51,701 nt of DNA from a virus (lineage: Duplodnaviria > Caudoviricetes): IMG/VR virus record IMGVR_UViG_3300037313_000136, positions 1-51,701 of that record. One strand, given 5' to 3'. A program made the position numbers and the translations under genes. Each line of letters begins with the position of its first letter. The first letter of the stretch is position 1. Below the pieces are notes generated by a model. That model had not been told where the DNA came from, searched no databases, and was given only the letters and a program-made list of their open reading frames with translations. Shown piece after piece: positions 37,385 through 46,485 of this stretch.

Positions 37385-39652
37385 TTAGATTTTCTGCTTG
37401 AGTGATACGTTGTCGATTGTGCCATTGAACAGCGCGGAATCCGCCTCAATCGAAATGTCCGAACCCGTTGCGGTGAAGTCGAACTGAAGGCTTCCGCTCG
37501 ATCCCAATGCCGCTGAAGTCACCAGGATCGCAGCGCCGTTGGTCGTGCTGTTGTTGACCCGGAGCTTCGATCCTGAAGTCATCGTATAGTCGAGCGTCAT
37601 CCGGTAGACGTTTCCCGCAGTCGTAAGCCCAGTTTCCCAACAGAGCTGTGCGCCGCCCGAACAGTTGAGTTTGCCGCCAGAAACCGTGCAGCCCGAGCCG
37701 GGGGTTGGCGGGGGTGCGGCAGATGCGAACGTGCCGTTGCTGAACAGCTCGGAACCGAACGTGAAGGCGTTAAAGGTCTTGGTCGTATCGAAGAAGCCGG
37801 TTGGGTCTGCGGGATTGGTTTCGCGGATCGTGAAGACCAGTGGCCCACTCCCGGTAATCAGCGAGGTATTTGTGAGCGTGACCACGCCGGTCGAGGTATT
37901 GAGCGAAAATGCTCCGGCGGGATAGCTCGAGATCATCGAAATGGTTGATGAGCTAAATGTCTTTGTGACCGTTCCGATAACGGTCCCGTTGGCCGCCCCA
38001 ACCTGAACGTCGGACATGGTACCCGACATGGCGAACAGCTTCCGAGTCCCGGCCTGATAGTCGATAATCGCTTGCCGCTCTGGCAGATGCGCCTTGTCGT
38101 ATGTTGCGCCGAGGACCGAAGGGAAGATGTGCCCGTAGATGCCGTCCGGCGTAGAAAGCGGCTCGCAGAACATGAACATCGTGATGCGCGACAGGCCCGC
38201 GCCCTGCATCTTCTGCAAATAATAGAGCGTGTAATCGTACATCAGCGGATCGGTCTTGATCGCCGTCAGCGTCGTCAGGTCGTTGAGGTCGTGTCCGAAG
38301 CTTGCCTCATAGGTGACGTATTCGAACCCGTAGAGGTCTGCGATTGTCTTGTGCTGAGCGGCGAGGGCGGCAATGGCGTCGATCCCAAGCTTTGCTGCCG
38401 CGAAGAAGGTTGCGGTGGTTCCAGTGAACGTCGCGTCAAGTCCCTGCGCGTTCCAATACGGGGCCGTGGCATAGGCCTTGATGTTCGCAAGCCAACCCTG
38501 CGTATTGGCATAAGCGAGCGCGAGCGAGAACGGCGTCGTCTGCGCGTGCTGAAAGCACAGCATCGGCTTGAGGCGCGAGGTCTGACCTGCGAAAACGCTC
38601 AGCCAAATATCGTGGACGCGTTTGCAGACGTGAATATAGCGAAGGTGCAGCGGAGTCGTGCCGTCGCCACCTTGGACCGGGTAGGTCGCTGAAACAGCGG
38701 GATCGGCGGCCTCCGCCGCCATCCTATGGTTGGCATCGTAGGTGCTGTTCCACACCTCGTTGTCGATCTCGATGTAGATGATTTTCGAAGTGTCGAGGTT
38801 GTCGCGGACGTAGGTGGCGAAGCGGGTGATGTAATCGTCATCGGCCATTGACGTGATCGGAATGTGGACCGCATCACCGGTGAAGGCGTTGGCGGCTGCG
38901 ACGATCATCTCGACCGGGACGCCGTCACCACCGTATGTGCCCTCCTGCCACGTGCTCGCGGTTGGCGTGTTGCGGTTGGCCCAGAAGATTTTGTAGGTCG
39001 GTGAGGCGGCGGTCCCGCCACCCCATGCAGCCGTCCATACTCCGCCCAGCTTTTCTACCGGCGGAAGCCATTTGGTGAAGCGGAGCGTGCCCGTGTACTT
39101 GTTAAGCTCGGTCACATATTGAGGGGTCAAAGCACCTTGCGTAGTGCTGTCCCCGTTCTTAATGAAGCGAATGTTGCGGACGTAATTGCCGCCGGTCGTG
39201 TCGAAGGTGTAGGTGAACTGGATTCCATCGGTCGAGATGGTCGCCGGAGTATCCCACTGAACGGTTCGATTCACGGAGTCATAGCTGGCGGCAACCTGGG
39301 TCGCTCCATTGAGATTCATCGAGCTGGTGGTAGCATCGACAAAATTGCCGTCCCAGTACATCGTGTACCGGGTACTCGGCTCCAAATAGCAGGTCCACAG
39401 TGCACACTCGCCCGCGCTCGGGAAGGTTTTCGGCCACTTCTCCTGAACCGAATCGAGATTGGCGGACGGGAATAGTCCCAAATCGCTGCCGAACATGCTG
39501 GCGCGGAGGTTCGGGCCAGTGTTGGGAGAACCGTGAAACCGCTCGACGAACGGCGTTGCGTACTGCCAACCCGCAATATCGCTCTGGTTGATCCCAACCT
39601 TCATGCTGGACAGAGCTGTGCGGCTGCGGAGGTGCAGTCTGACACGACCCAC
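37385..39652 (-). CDS. GC-rich glycoside hydrolase-like (clan A type) protein with cadherin/CBM-like C-terminus; probable receptor-binding depolymerase
   Basis: GVPVEMIV, DDYITRFATYVRDNL, IYIEIDNEVWN, APYW and VTYEAS. Confidence 0.65.
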   Translation of the reverse strand: MGRVRLHLRSRTALSSMKVGINQSDIAGWQYATPFVERFHGSPNTGPNLRASMFGSDLGLFPSANLDSVQEKWPKTFPSAGECALWTCYLEPSTRYTMYWDGNFVDATTSSMNLNGATQVAASYDSVNRTVQWDTPATISTDGIQFTYTFDTTGGNYVRNIRFIKNGDSTTQGALTPQYVTELNKYTGTLRFTKWLPPVEKLGGVWTAAWGGGTAASPTYKIFWANRNTPTASTWQEGTYGGDGVPVEMIVAAANAFTGDAVHIPITSMADDDYITRFATYVRDNLDTSKIIYIEIDNEVWNSTYDANHRMAAEAADPAVSATYPVQGGDGTTPLHLRYIHVCKRVHDIWLSVFAGQTSRLKPMLCFQHAQTTPFSLALAYANTQGWLANIKAYATAPYWNAQGLDATFTGTTATFFAAAKLGIDAIAALAAQHKTIADLYGFEYVTYEASFGHDLNDLTTLTAIKTDPLMYDYTLYYLQKMQGAGLSRITMFMFCEPLSTPDGIYGHIFPSVLGATYDKAHLPERQAIIDYQAGTRKLFAMSGTMSDVQVGAANGTVIGTVTKTFSSSTISMISSYPAGAFSLNTSTGVVTLTNTSLITGSGPLVFTIRETNPADPTGFFDTTKTFNAFTFGSELFSNGTFASAAPPPTPGSGCTVSGGKLNCSGGAQLCWETGLTTAGNVYRMTLDYTMTSGSKLRVNNSTTNGAAILVTSAALGSSGSLQFDFTATGSDISIEADSALFNGTIDNVSLKQKI

Positions 39653-39655
39653 TAT

Positions 39656-40609
39656 TTAGTACTCGTAACCGATTACAGTGATCTTAATACGGCCCGTAGC
39701 AGTTGAAGTAACCCAGTCAGGCGTTTCAAGAGTGAAACCGAAAGTAGCAACACCGTCTCCATTCATCTCAAGACTGTCAGGAACTTCGTAATCCATGCTG
39801 AAACCTGATTTGACTACTGCGGTCGAGTTGACGAAGCCCCACACTGCCTGAAGTGGGCTTGAGGCCGTAGTCGCACCGGCATTGTTCCTGCGAAGTCTCA
39901 GATACGCTCGCTGCGGAGCCGTGCCTGAACCCAAAGATTCAATCGTTGCGCTGATACCTTGAATACGAAACTTCTTACCGCTAGTAATTGCGCGAGAACT
40001 AAAAGTTGAAGTGGTTGCACCATCAACAGAAAGAGTCATAGTCAAAAGTGTTTCAGCTGTCTGTGCAAACGTGAATTCAGCAGTCATTGCCAAACAGGAT
40101 CGTCCAGCATCATGCAAGTCCTGAACACTGAACCCGTTGGCGCCCTGCGTTCCCTTGGTTAGAGTTGGAGCAGATACCGGACTTGCCGTGGTCGTATCGG
40201 TTGCAGCATCCTTGATAGCGCGAAGATATGCTTCCATTGAACCAGTAGCACCATTGGCTGCCGCAGCATCCGTAGGGGCACCAATAGCCGTTACAAGAGA
40301 GTCATCGCTTGCGTGAGTAATCGACAGACTGTTAGCAGCTGTCTTAACACCAAGAGAGGCAGGAAGCTGTGCAATCAGACTGGTAAGGCGCTGAGCAATT
40401 CGCTGAAGCCTACCATTCAGACCACTGGAAGCTGTATCACTAGCGGGAGCTGTTTCTGTAACAATACCAAGCTTAGCCTGAATATCATCATCTGATGCAA
40501 GAACGACACCGAGACTATTCGCCTTCGTTGCCTGTCCCGCATTTGGGAGAGTGTTGACAGTTACCGGTGTAGATGTACTGTCAAGAATAGTCGTAGTCGG
40601 AAATGCCAT
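39656..40609 (-). CDS. Tail fibre / virion structural protein
   Basis: Ala/Thr/Ser-rich with a beta-sandwich-like C-terminus; in the fibre block. Confidence 0.6.
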   Translation of the reverse strand: MAFPTTTILDSTSTPVTVNTLPNAGQATKANSLGVVLASDDDIQAKLGIVTETAPASDTASSGLNGRLQRIAQRLTSLIAQLPASLGVKTAANSLSITHASDDSLVTAIGAPTDAAAANGATGSMEAYLRAIKDAATDTTTASPVSAPTLTKGTQGANGFSVQDLHDAGRSCLAMTAEFTFAQTAETLLTMTLSVDGATTSTFSSRAITSGKKFRIQGISATIESLGSGTAPQRAYLRLRRNNAGATTASSPLQAVWGFVNSTAVVKSGFSMDYEVPDSLEMNGDGVATFGFTLETPDWVTSTATGRIKITVIGYEY

Positions 40610-40626
40610 TCGTTAGGTTGTCCTTG

Positions 40627-40992
40627 TTAGAAAGAGATTAAAGGAAGATACATATTGTTAGTGTTGACATTAAATATAAGGCCTGGTGTTCCACCACTAC
40701 CGCCGCCTAGAGGGGTACCAAGCGGGGTTGTAACTACCGTCCCATTTTCATCAACACGAACTACAGGGTGTCCGTTTGGTGACAGAGTTACAGCCCTGTA
40801 CACACCATAAATGTAGAGGCTATTTTCCGTTGCGCCTAGGTTAGTAACTGTTACCACAGGCTTAGCAACAGAATAGGTCGTTACTCCGTCATCCAGAGCA
40901 ACTCCATTAGCATCTACCTGACGAACAAGCCAACCACCGCTTCCAACAACAAATACGGGGAGAACCGTGCTAAACTTACTGGTTAGGGCCAC
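40627..40992 (-). CDS. Putative virion structural protein
   Basis: Val/Gly/Thr-rich; FNVNTNNMYLPLI C-terminus. Confidence 0.55.
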   Translation of the reverse strand: MALTSKFSTVLPVFVVGSGGWLVRQVDANGVALDDGVTTYSVAKPVVTVTNLGATENSLYIYGVYRAVTLSPNGHPVVRVDENGTVVTTPLGTPLGGGSGGTPGLIFNVNTNNMYLPLISF

Positions 40993-41520
40993 TTAGTTGA
41001 TTCCCCTAATTCTTTTCAAATCTTCTTCAAAGTCTTTTTCAGAATCCGCCAAATCCCTCGCAGCCTTGTCTATGTCTTCGCGTTTTGGCCTTCCTTTTTG
41101 AGTGGATTTGTCTTTACGGTATTCCTTGTTGGCTAGGAACTTGGCAGCAGCTAAACGCTGTGCAGGCATTCCTTCTTTGGCCAAGGTTCGAATCTCATCC
41201 ATACCTTCGGAATACAGTTTAGCATCAAGTTCTCGATCCCAAACTTCCTTGGCTGCAATAAACCAACGGCAGCCCATGAGGACTGTCCAAAGGGTGTAAT
41301 CACCATCAAGGATACGTTGGGCAACCTTGTACCCACTAGGATCACCTTCCTCTACGTACACCTTACCGAAGTTAATCATCCCCGGCTTATCCATGTGCAA
41401 GGTGAACAAGGCTTCACGATCACGACACTCAAGAGGAAGCAGACGCATCTGTTCCCAAAAGAGTTGCTTAGTGAAGTACTTTCCTGTTGTACCTTTGAAC
41501 CTGCTCAACCAATCCTCCAA
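40993..41520 (-). CDS. Putative terminase small subunit
   Basis: 175 aa, helical, AAAKFLA...KGRP; family recollection only. Confidence 0.5.
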   Translation of the reverse strand: MEDWLSRFKGTTGKYFTKQLFWEQMRLLPLECRDREALFTLHMDKPGMINFGKVYVEEGDPSGYKVAQRILDGDYTLWTVLMGCRWFIAAKEVWDRELDAKLYSEGMDEIRTLAKEGMPAQRLAAAKFLANKEYRKDKSTQKGRPKREDIDKAARDLADSEKDFEEDLKRIRGIN

Positions 41521-43160
41521 GTTGTACCGTCACGATAAACTGGAACGATGTTGGAGCCACCACCAACAACGGCTGCACCAAAGTTGCCTGCGGCAACAAC
41601 GGTTGAGTCACTGACCATAGCCTTTCCGAAACCAGTCGAAGGAAGGGTAGCTACGGTGTAAGTTGTAGTGAATCCGATTGATTTCAGGTTATTTAGATTA
41701 CCGTATACAATTGAGTTAATTCCATCCCCACCGAACTGAAGGTCTTGCGGATCGCCGATACGAATAATCGTTGGAGCGCTGTTGTTCTGATCCTTCTTAT
41801 TACTGAAAATCCAGAGGTCAGTTGTATCGCTTGTTATGTTGGCCGGATCAGAATACCAGAAGTTATTGGTCAAGGTAACAGCTCTGCAAGTCTTGCTACA
41901 GAAGTCTACGAATGACAAACTGTTGCCTGAAATAAGCAGACCACTTGTACTACCACCAGAAATTCTAATACTTGGATACGTGACAACATTAGAGAACAGA
42001 TTTCCCATAATCACACCAGTCATAGGTGCTAAGTTGGGATCAATCCATGCCACGCTGACATTGGTTGCGTCTCCAAGCCAGTTACCAGTAAACATACCCA
42101 CGTTAATTGCGGCACCCAAAGCAACACTGGCGCTTGAGAAGTCGCAATAGATGGCCTTAGGCATACCGCCTGTGAAGCCATCGTTAGTCCCTTCGAACCA
42201 ATTCCCAGCAATGTGCCAACCCTGACTGGGGTTGATAATAGCTCCAATGGTAACGTTCTGGAAGGTGTTGCGTGTAACGACAATACCGTTAGAGTAAAGA
42301 ATGTTTCCTACTCCACGTTCCTTCTGACCTCGTATACAAGCTTGTGCCCATCCAAGGTTATTGTCCACTACCGAGGAAAGAATTGCTCCTTCCAAACTAA
42401 TGCAGCTACGAGCTGAGTGGATTCCACCAAGACCCCCAACCAGACACCGCTCCACTAGCGCGTAAGCAGGATCAGGCGTTGAAGGAGCGGCTAGGTTAGT
42501 AAAGGCGATCAGATCACCAGTAAAGGAGGACGAAGAATTCCGAACACCAAGGTTGGAAACTGTAACTGCGTAAGAACTGGCACCGTTGATAAAAGGACTC
42601 GAACCACCACCAGTGTAAATCAACTGAGACGGTGGCGGAATGTGATAACCAATACCACTACCGGCAGCGCCTACCAAACGAATGTTGTACTTGTTGTTTA
42701 GATTGATTTGACCCGAACAAAGAGTGTGGGCCGGAATGTACACTATGCCCCCACCAACTGCTTCAGCGGCTGCAATAGCCGCGTTAACAGCGGTGACATC
42801 ATCTGTGCCAGTAATGGTGGCTACGTTAGTCCAGTCGGTGGCAGCACCATCACACTTAGCTCCATAGTCCCTAATATCAAAAACTGGCAAGCCGGAAAGC
42901 TCACCAGACTGTACAGGATTAAGAGCTGTGATAAGTGCGTTGACCTGACCAAGATTCACTGCATCTGAGTTACTCACGCCATCCGCTAGGTTACGAACAG
43001 CGAAGTGGTTCATATCCAGATCGACCTGCATACTATTAGTGCCGTCACCGGTTCGGGACAGCATCTCATCCAGTAGGCTGGCAATCTCAGTGAAGTTATC
43101 GTTCAGGGCTGCAATGGCATCGTAGGCCGAGAGGATATTGGTGGGTGTAAAACGGGACAA
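41505..43160 (-). CDS. Tailspike with pectin-lyase-like beta-helix
   Basis: N-terminal anchor LNDNF..LSRTG..NSMQVDLDMN; IRDYGAKCDG, DDVTAVNAAI and GGIVYIP; Asn ladder. Confidence 0.82.
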   Translation of the reverse strand: MSRFTPTNILSAYDAIAALNDNFTEIASLLDEMLSRTGDGTNSMQVDLDMNHFAVRNLADGVSNSDAVNLGQVNALITALNPVQSGELSGLPVFDIRDYGAKCDGAATDWTNVATITGTDDVTAVNAAIAAAEAVGGGIVYIPAHTLCSGQINLNNKYNIRLVGAAGSGIGYHIPPPSQLIYTGGGSSPFINGASSYAVTVSNLGVRNSSSSFTGDLIAFTNLAAPSTPDPAYALVERCLVGGLGGIHSARSCISLEGAILSSVVDNNLGWAQACIRGQKERGVGNILYSNGIVVTRNTFQNVTIGAIINPSQGWHIAGNWFEGTNDGFTGGMPKAIYCDFSSASVALGAAINVGMFTGNWLGDATNVSVAWIDPNLAPMTGVIMGNLFSNVVTYPSIRISGGSTSGLLISGNSLSFVDFCSKTCRAVTLTNNFWYSDPANITSDTTDLWIFSNKKDQNNSAPTIIRIGDPQDLQFGGDGINSIVYGNLNNLKSIGFTTTYTVATLPSTGFGKAMVSDSTVVAAGNFGAAVVGGGSNIVPVYRDGTTWRIG

Positions 43161-43245
43161 GAAGCTTCTGTTCCTTAGATATCGCAGATATTCTGCTCAT
43201 TAGAATCTCAACCGGAGGTCGATAGACCGACGCTCCTATACACAT

Positions 43246-43274
43246 ATTATAACATATTTAAATCTAAATGTCAA
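43246..43274 (-). promoter_or_regulatory. Consensus sigma70 promoter heading the structural arm
   Basis: TTGACA-tttagatttaaatatgt(17)-TATAAT. Confidence 0.88.
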
Positions 43275-43363
43275 GCTTTATTTTCGGGGCTCAGAACGCT
43301 GCGAAGCTGCGCTTCACTTCGCTGCGCTCATCCTAAAGAAATCAAGTACTTACAAAAAAAGAC

Positions 43364-43392
43364 TTGACAAACCCTTCAGTATATGTTATAAT
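43364..43392 (+). promoter_or_regulatory. Consensus sigma70 promoter, divergent from 43246-43274
   Basis: TTGACA-aacccttcagtatatgt(17)-TATAAT. Confidence 0.85.
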
Positions 43393-43619
43393 ACTCTTAG
43401 TTGGCACGCCGGTAAATATATCTATTACTAATTATAGAAGAAACTATTAGCATATGGGCGATCCATATATAAGTCAATAGTCAAATCATAAAATATCTGT
43501 AGTCCTTCCGAGAATTCTCCATTTTCTTGGTGGGACTTTTTTGGTGTGTGGTGCAGCAGACAGGCCACCCCCACTCCCCCGGCTCCCCCGCAGCATGATA
43601 TAACGTCCCCGGCATTGCT

Positions 43620-43683
43620 ATTGCGAGTCATTCTCAGCACTCCTGAGCGGCACGTGTCCCTGCTAATGCGAATCATTCTCAAC
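43620..43683. promoter_or_regulatory. Two Fur-box-like sites 45 bp apart
   Basis: ATTGCGAGTCATTCTCAGC (43620-43638) and AATGCGAATCATTCTCAAC (43665-43683). Confidence 0.55.
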
Positions 43684-43696
43684 TGTCTGTAATCCA

Positions 43697-43713
43697 TGCA
43701 ATATCCGTGCCAA
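43697..43713 (-). promoter_or_regulatory. sigma54 (-24/-12) consensus site
   Basis: TTGGCACG-GATA-TTGCA. Confidence 0.6.
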
Positions 43714-43821
43714 TCCTCGCGCGTAAGTCTATCTCTCCGCGTACACCTGAATGATACAACATATCATCTCATCAACCAGTAACTATTTGATACTAACTTT
43801 CGATATGGGTATTCTTACAGC

Positions 43822-43849
43822 TTGCAACCATCCGGCGTTCTGCTAGTTT
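43822..43849 (+). promoter_or_regulatory. Candidate early promoter
   Basis: TTGCAA-16-TAGTTT (GCTAG -10 context) directly before the structured leader. Confidence 0.4.
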
Positions 43850-43852
43850 TGT

Positions 43853-44000
43853 TGCTGTCGCCGATGCAGACGCTCCCGACACGCTCTCGTGAGAGCAACA
43901 GGGACGCAAACCCGGACGCGACAAACATAGTCATGGGTTGTCCTAGTGACTGCCCACCAATCAGGCCCCTCTAGGGCGTACGAATACGTACACTATGGGC
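43853..44000 (+). ncRNA. Structured leader RNA (two multibranch domains)
   Basis: TGTCG/CGACA closing a domain with GCTCTC/GAGAGC; CATAGT/ACTATG closing a domain with GCCC/GGGC and GTACG/CGTAC. Confidence 0.45.
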
Positions 44001-44022
44001 CGTTAAAATGGGATGACGTTTA

Positions 44023-44301
44023 ATGACTAGGCATCAGCGGCGCAAGGCTGCGCGTGCCAGAAAGGATGCTAAAGGCGAGTTGCTGAACAGTCGTGCACTG
44101 CACGTTCTACAGCAAGCGAAGCTGAAGGCGAACTTGATGGAACGCAAAGCCAAGCGAAGTCCGAAAGGGCTAGGCAACCGTGGCATTTACTCGGGTATGG
44201 GTTTGTATCCTGCGCCGGGATATGGTACGGGAGCGTTCAAAGAGAAGCCATTGAGTGAGCGGCAATGCCGTGAGCACAGGGCACTTGACAAACAACGCTA
44301 G
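44023..44301 (+). CDS. First early protein, basic, with N-terminal arginine-rich motif
   Basis: MTRHQRRKAARARK. Confidence 0.7.
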   Translation: MTRHQRRKAARARKDAKGELLNSRALHVLQQAKLKANLMERKAKRSPKGLGNRGIYSGMGLYPAPGYGTGAFKEKPLSERQCREHRALDKQR

Positions 44302-44304
44302 GTG

Positions 44305-44855
44305 CATTACCTAGTCACACATAACTATCGCAAACGGTACGCCGCAAACGATAGTGCGGATTAAGGCAAGCCAGTCTCTTGTCTAGGTAGCTGGAACGGC
44401 GGCCCTCACCTTGAATGTCACAAGGTAGAGAAAGCATCCTCTGTCCCGTAGGGATATGATGGTAAGCTATGCGCTCTAGGCGCGGGCTGTTAGTCACGCT
44501 AAAGCGGTGACGCACAATCTATCATCGTGCGTTGCTGTGGCGGCTAGGCTGGTTGTAGGCGACACGCAAGTGTTGTCCCGGATTATTCCGAACCGGCGAC
44601 AAGATTAACGGTGACTGTGCAAATAACCTAGGGTTAGTGTATTGAGTTACACGTATGGTCGCGGTACGCCCGTTCATTGCGTTGTAAGTGATGGACGCGA
44701 GCTAGAAAGCTCCTCGGTAATGGCAATCCTTTGTGGTTGCGGCAACAACCTAACAAGGTTGTGATGGCAAGCGCCGAAGTTGTGTATGAGGCACAAGCCT
44801 AGGCCAACAGGTATTAATGAGCTAGCGGACGCGCTACGGGAGTTGCCCGCTTGCT
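44305..44855 (+). ncRNA. Candidate large structured ncRNA (about 550 nt)
   Basis: No + strand ORF in the track; more than a dozen consecutive helices with G-U pairs on the + strand. Confidence 0.65.
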
Positions 44856-44879
44856 TTCACAGCTTTGGAGGGAAAGACA

Positions 44880-45134
44880 ATGCTGGTACTTATCGGACAA
44901 ACTGAAGAATTGAATTGTTGGGCCGATCAGCCACACGCCTATAACGTGTACTATCGGAACGAACAAAGCGGGAGATTGTGCCGCTATTGCATAACTCCAA
45001 TGTCTCGTGAACTTGCTGAGGAATATGCTCGCAAGTTTAATGAGCGATACTTGGATATACACGGACGCGGGAAAGCTTTTCCCAATGGCCGTGGCTATTA
45101 TCCGTACAGTAAAGCGTGGGTTGATTTCCACTAA
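44880..45134 (+). CDS. Hypothetical early protein
   Basis: GGAGG RBS and ATG 44880. Confidence 0.7.
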   Translation: MLVLIGQTEELNCWADQPHAYNVYYRNEQSGRLCRYCITPMSRELAEEYARKFNERYLDIHGRGKAFPNGRGYYPYSKAWVDFH

Positions 45135-45147
45135 GAGGATTAAGAAA

Positions 45148-45360
45148 ATGGTTATGCTCCGTAGTCCTAGCACGGCAGGCGAACGTAAGTTCGATGTGTA
45201 CGTGCGGGAAGTCGGCGGATACGTCCACAAGGTTGGAACAGTGTTCGCCAACAACAAGATACAAGCAGATACTAAGGTCCGCATGATGTACGGGCGAACG
45301 CTAACTGATGGGCGCGTCGCTTATGCGGTGGACCCGATGCCAATGGGAGCGAACGCATGA
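45148..45360 (+). CDS. Hypothetical early protein
   Basis: GAGGA RBS and ATG 45148. Confidence 0.65.
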   Translation: MVMLRSPSTAGERKFDVYVREVGGYVHKVGTVFANNKIQADTKVRMMYGRTLTDGRVAYAVDPMPMGANA

Positions 45361-45467
45361 GGAAACATGATGCACTTCAATCGCGCTTGTGGCGCGAGCA
45401 GATACAGCGAGACTTGCAAGGTTATCGGCATCCGCTGAAAAATAATCGAAGCCAAGAACAAAACTAA
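45357..45467 (+). CDS. Small early peptide (36 aa)
   Basis: GGAG RBS and ATGA coupling. Confidence 0.5.
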   Translation: MRKHDALQSRLWREQIQRDLQGYRHPLKNNRSQEQN

Positions 45468-45618
45468 TCTATCATCGTCGTTGCACACACGTTTGCAATA
45501 GGCACACAGAGAAGCTGGTGCATGATATGACTTTGCATTGACGCCTCTGTGTGTCTTCTCCAAGCGTGTGCTTGGCCGTGGACAACCTACGGGATTACCA
45601 CAAAAGGAGAAGTGAATT

Positions 45619-46404
45619 ATGGCACGTAGAGCAGCAGGATTACTTGTCGGTTTGACTGCTATTTCAGCAGGCATCCGCGAATTGAAGGGCGTCATTAACA
45701 ACGTGTACGACCGTGCACAGCTTGTTGGTGTGTCCATCATCAACCATGACCTGAATGGCGGCAATGACGGCTCACCTACTGGTGACTGTTCAAAGGCCAA
45801 GGATTTGGTCAATGTGCTCAAGACGCAGGAAGATAAGCGTAACATGGTCGCTTGGCTTGCGTATTTCGGCAACATCGGCGTGAAGATGGAAAACGGTACT
45901 GCTACCGAGGTCCGTCACTTTCAGGCCGACAACAAGCGTTACCGTCAGCCTGACTTGGACGGCGCGAAGGCTAACAAATGGTATGAACCCTATCTGCCCA
46001 ACGGCGAGAAGGCTCATTGGTTTGAAGGCCCGGCCAAGCCGCTCTATACGCCGGGAACCCTTGGCGACATTGGCGACAATGTTATCACGTTTGCTGAGCG
46101 GTTCCTTGGAACTGATCGACGCATCGGCCAGCTTTATGACAAGGTTGATGCAGGCAACGGTGACAAGGTTAATCGGTACAATCTCAGTGATGAGGAAATC
46201 CAGCAGGCTGAGGCGCTGTTCAATGGCGTCCGCAAGTTTGGCTTGATGCTCATGGCTCGGGAACGTGCCGAGGAATACACGGCTGAAGTCGTGAAGCTCA
46301 ATGAGTTTCTCGATCAGGCAACCAAGGTTATCAACGATGTGAATAACATCGGAGAGAACCCAACGGAAACCACGACTGAAGATGTTCAGGAAATGGTTGC
46401 CTGA
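45619..46404 (+). CDS. Hypothetical early protein (261 aa)
   Basis: AAGGAG RBS; long ORF. Confidence 0.8.
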   Translation: MARRAAGLLVGLTAISAGIRELKGVINNVYDRAQLVGVSIINHDLNGGNDGSPTGDCSKAKDLVNVLKTQEDKRNMVAWLAYFGNIGVKMENGTATEVRHFQADNKRYRQPDLDGAKANKWYEPYLPNGEKAHWFEGPAKPLYTPGTLGDIGDNVITFAERFLGTDRRIGQLYDKVDAGNGDKVNRYNLSDEEIQQAEALFNGVRKFGLMLMARERAEEYTAEVVKLNEFLDQATKVINDVNNIGENPTETTTEDVQEMVA

Positions 46405-46485
46405 ATAATCCCCTGTATCTAGCTTTCATCCCTCCGTTGGCTAGATGCTCGGCGCTGCTCCGACGCTAGAAAATATCGGGCACTT

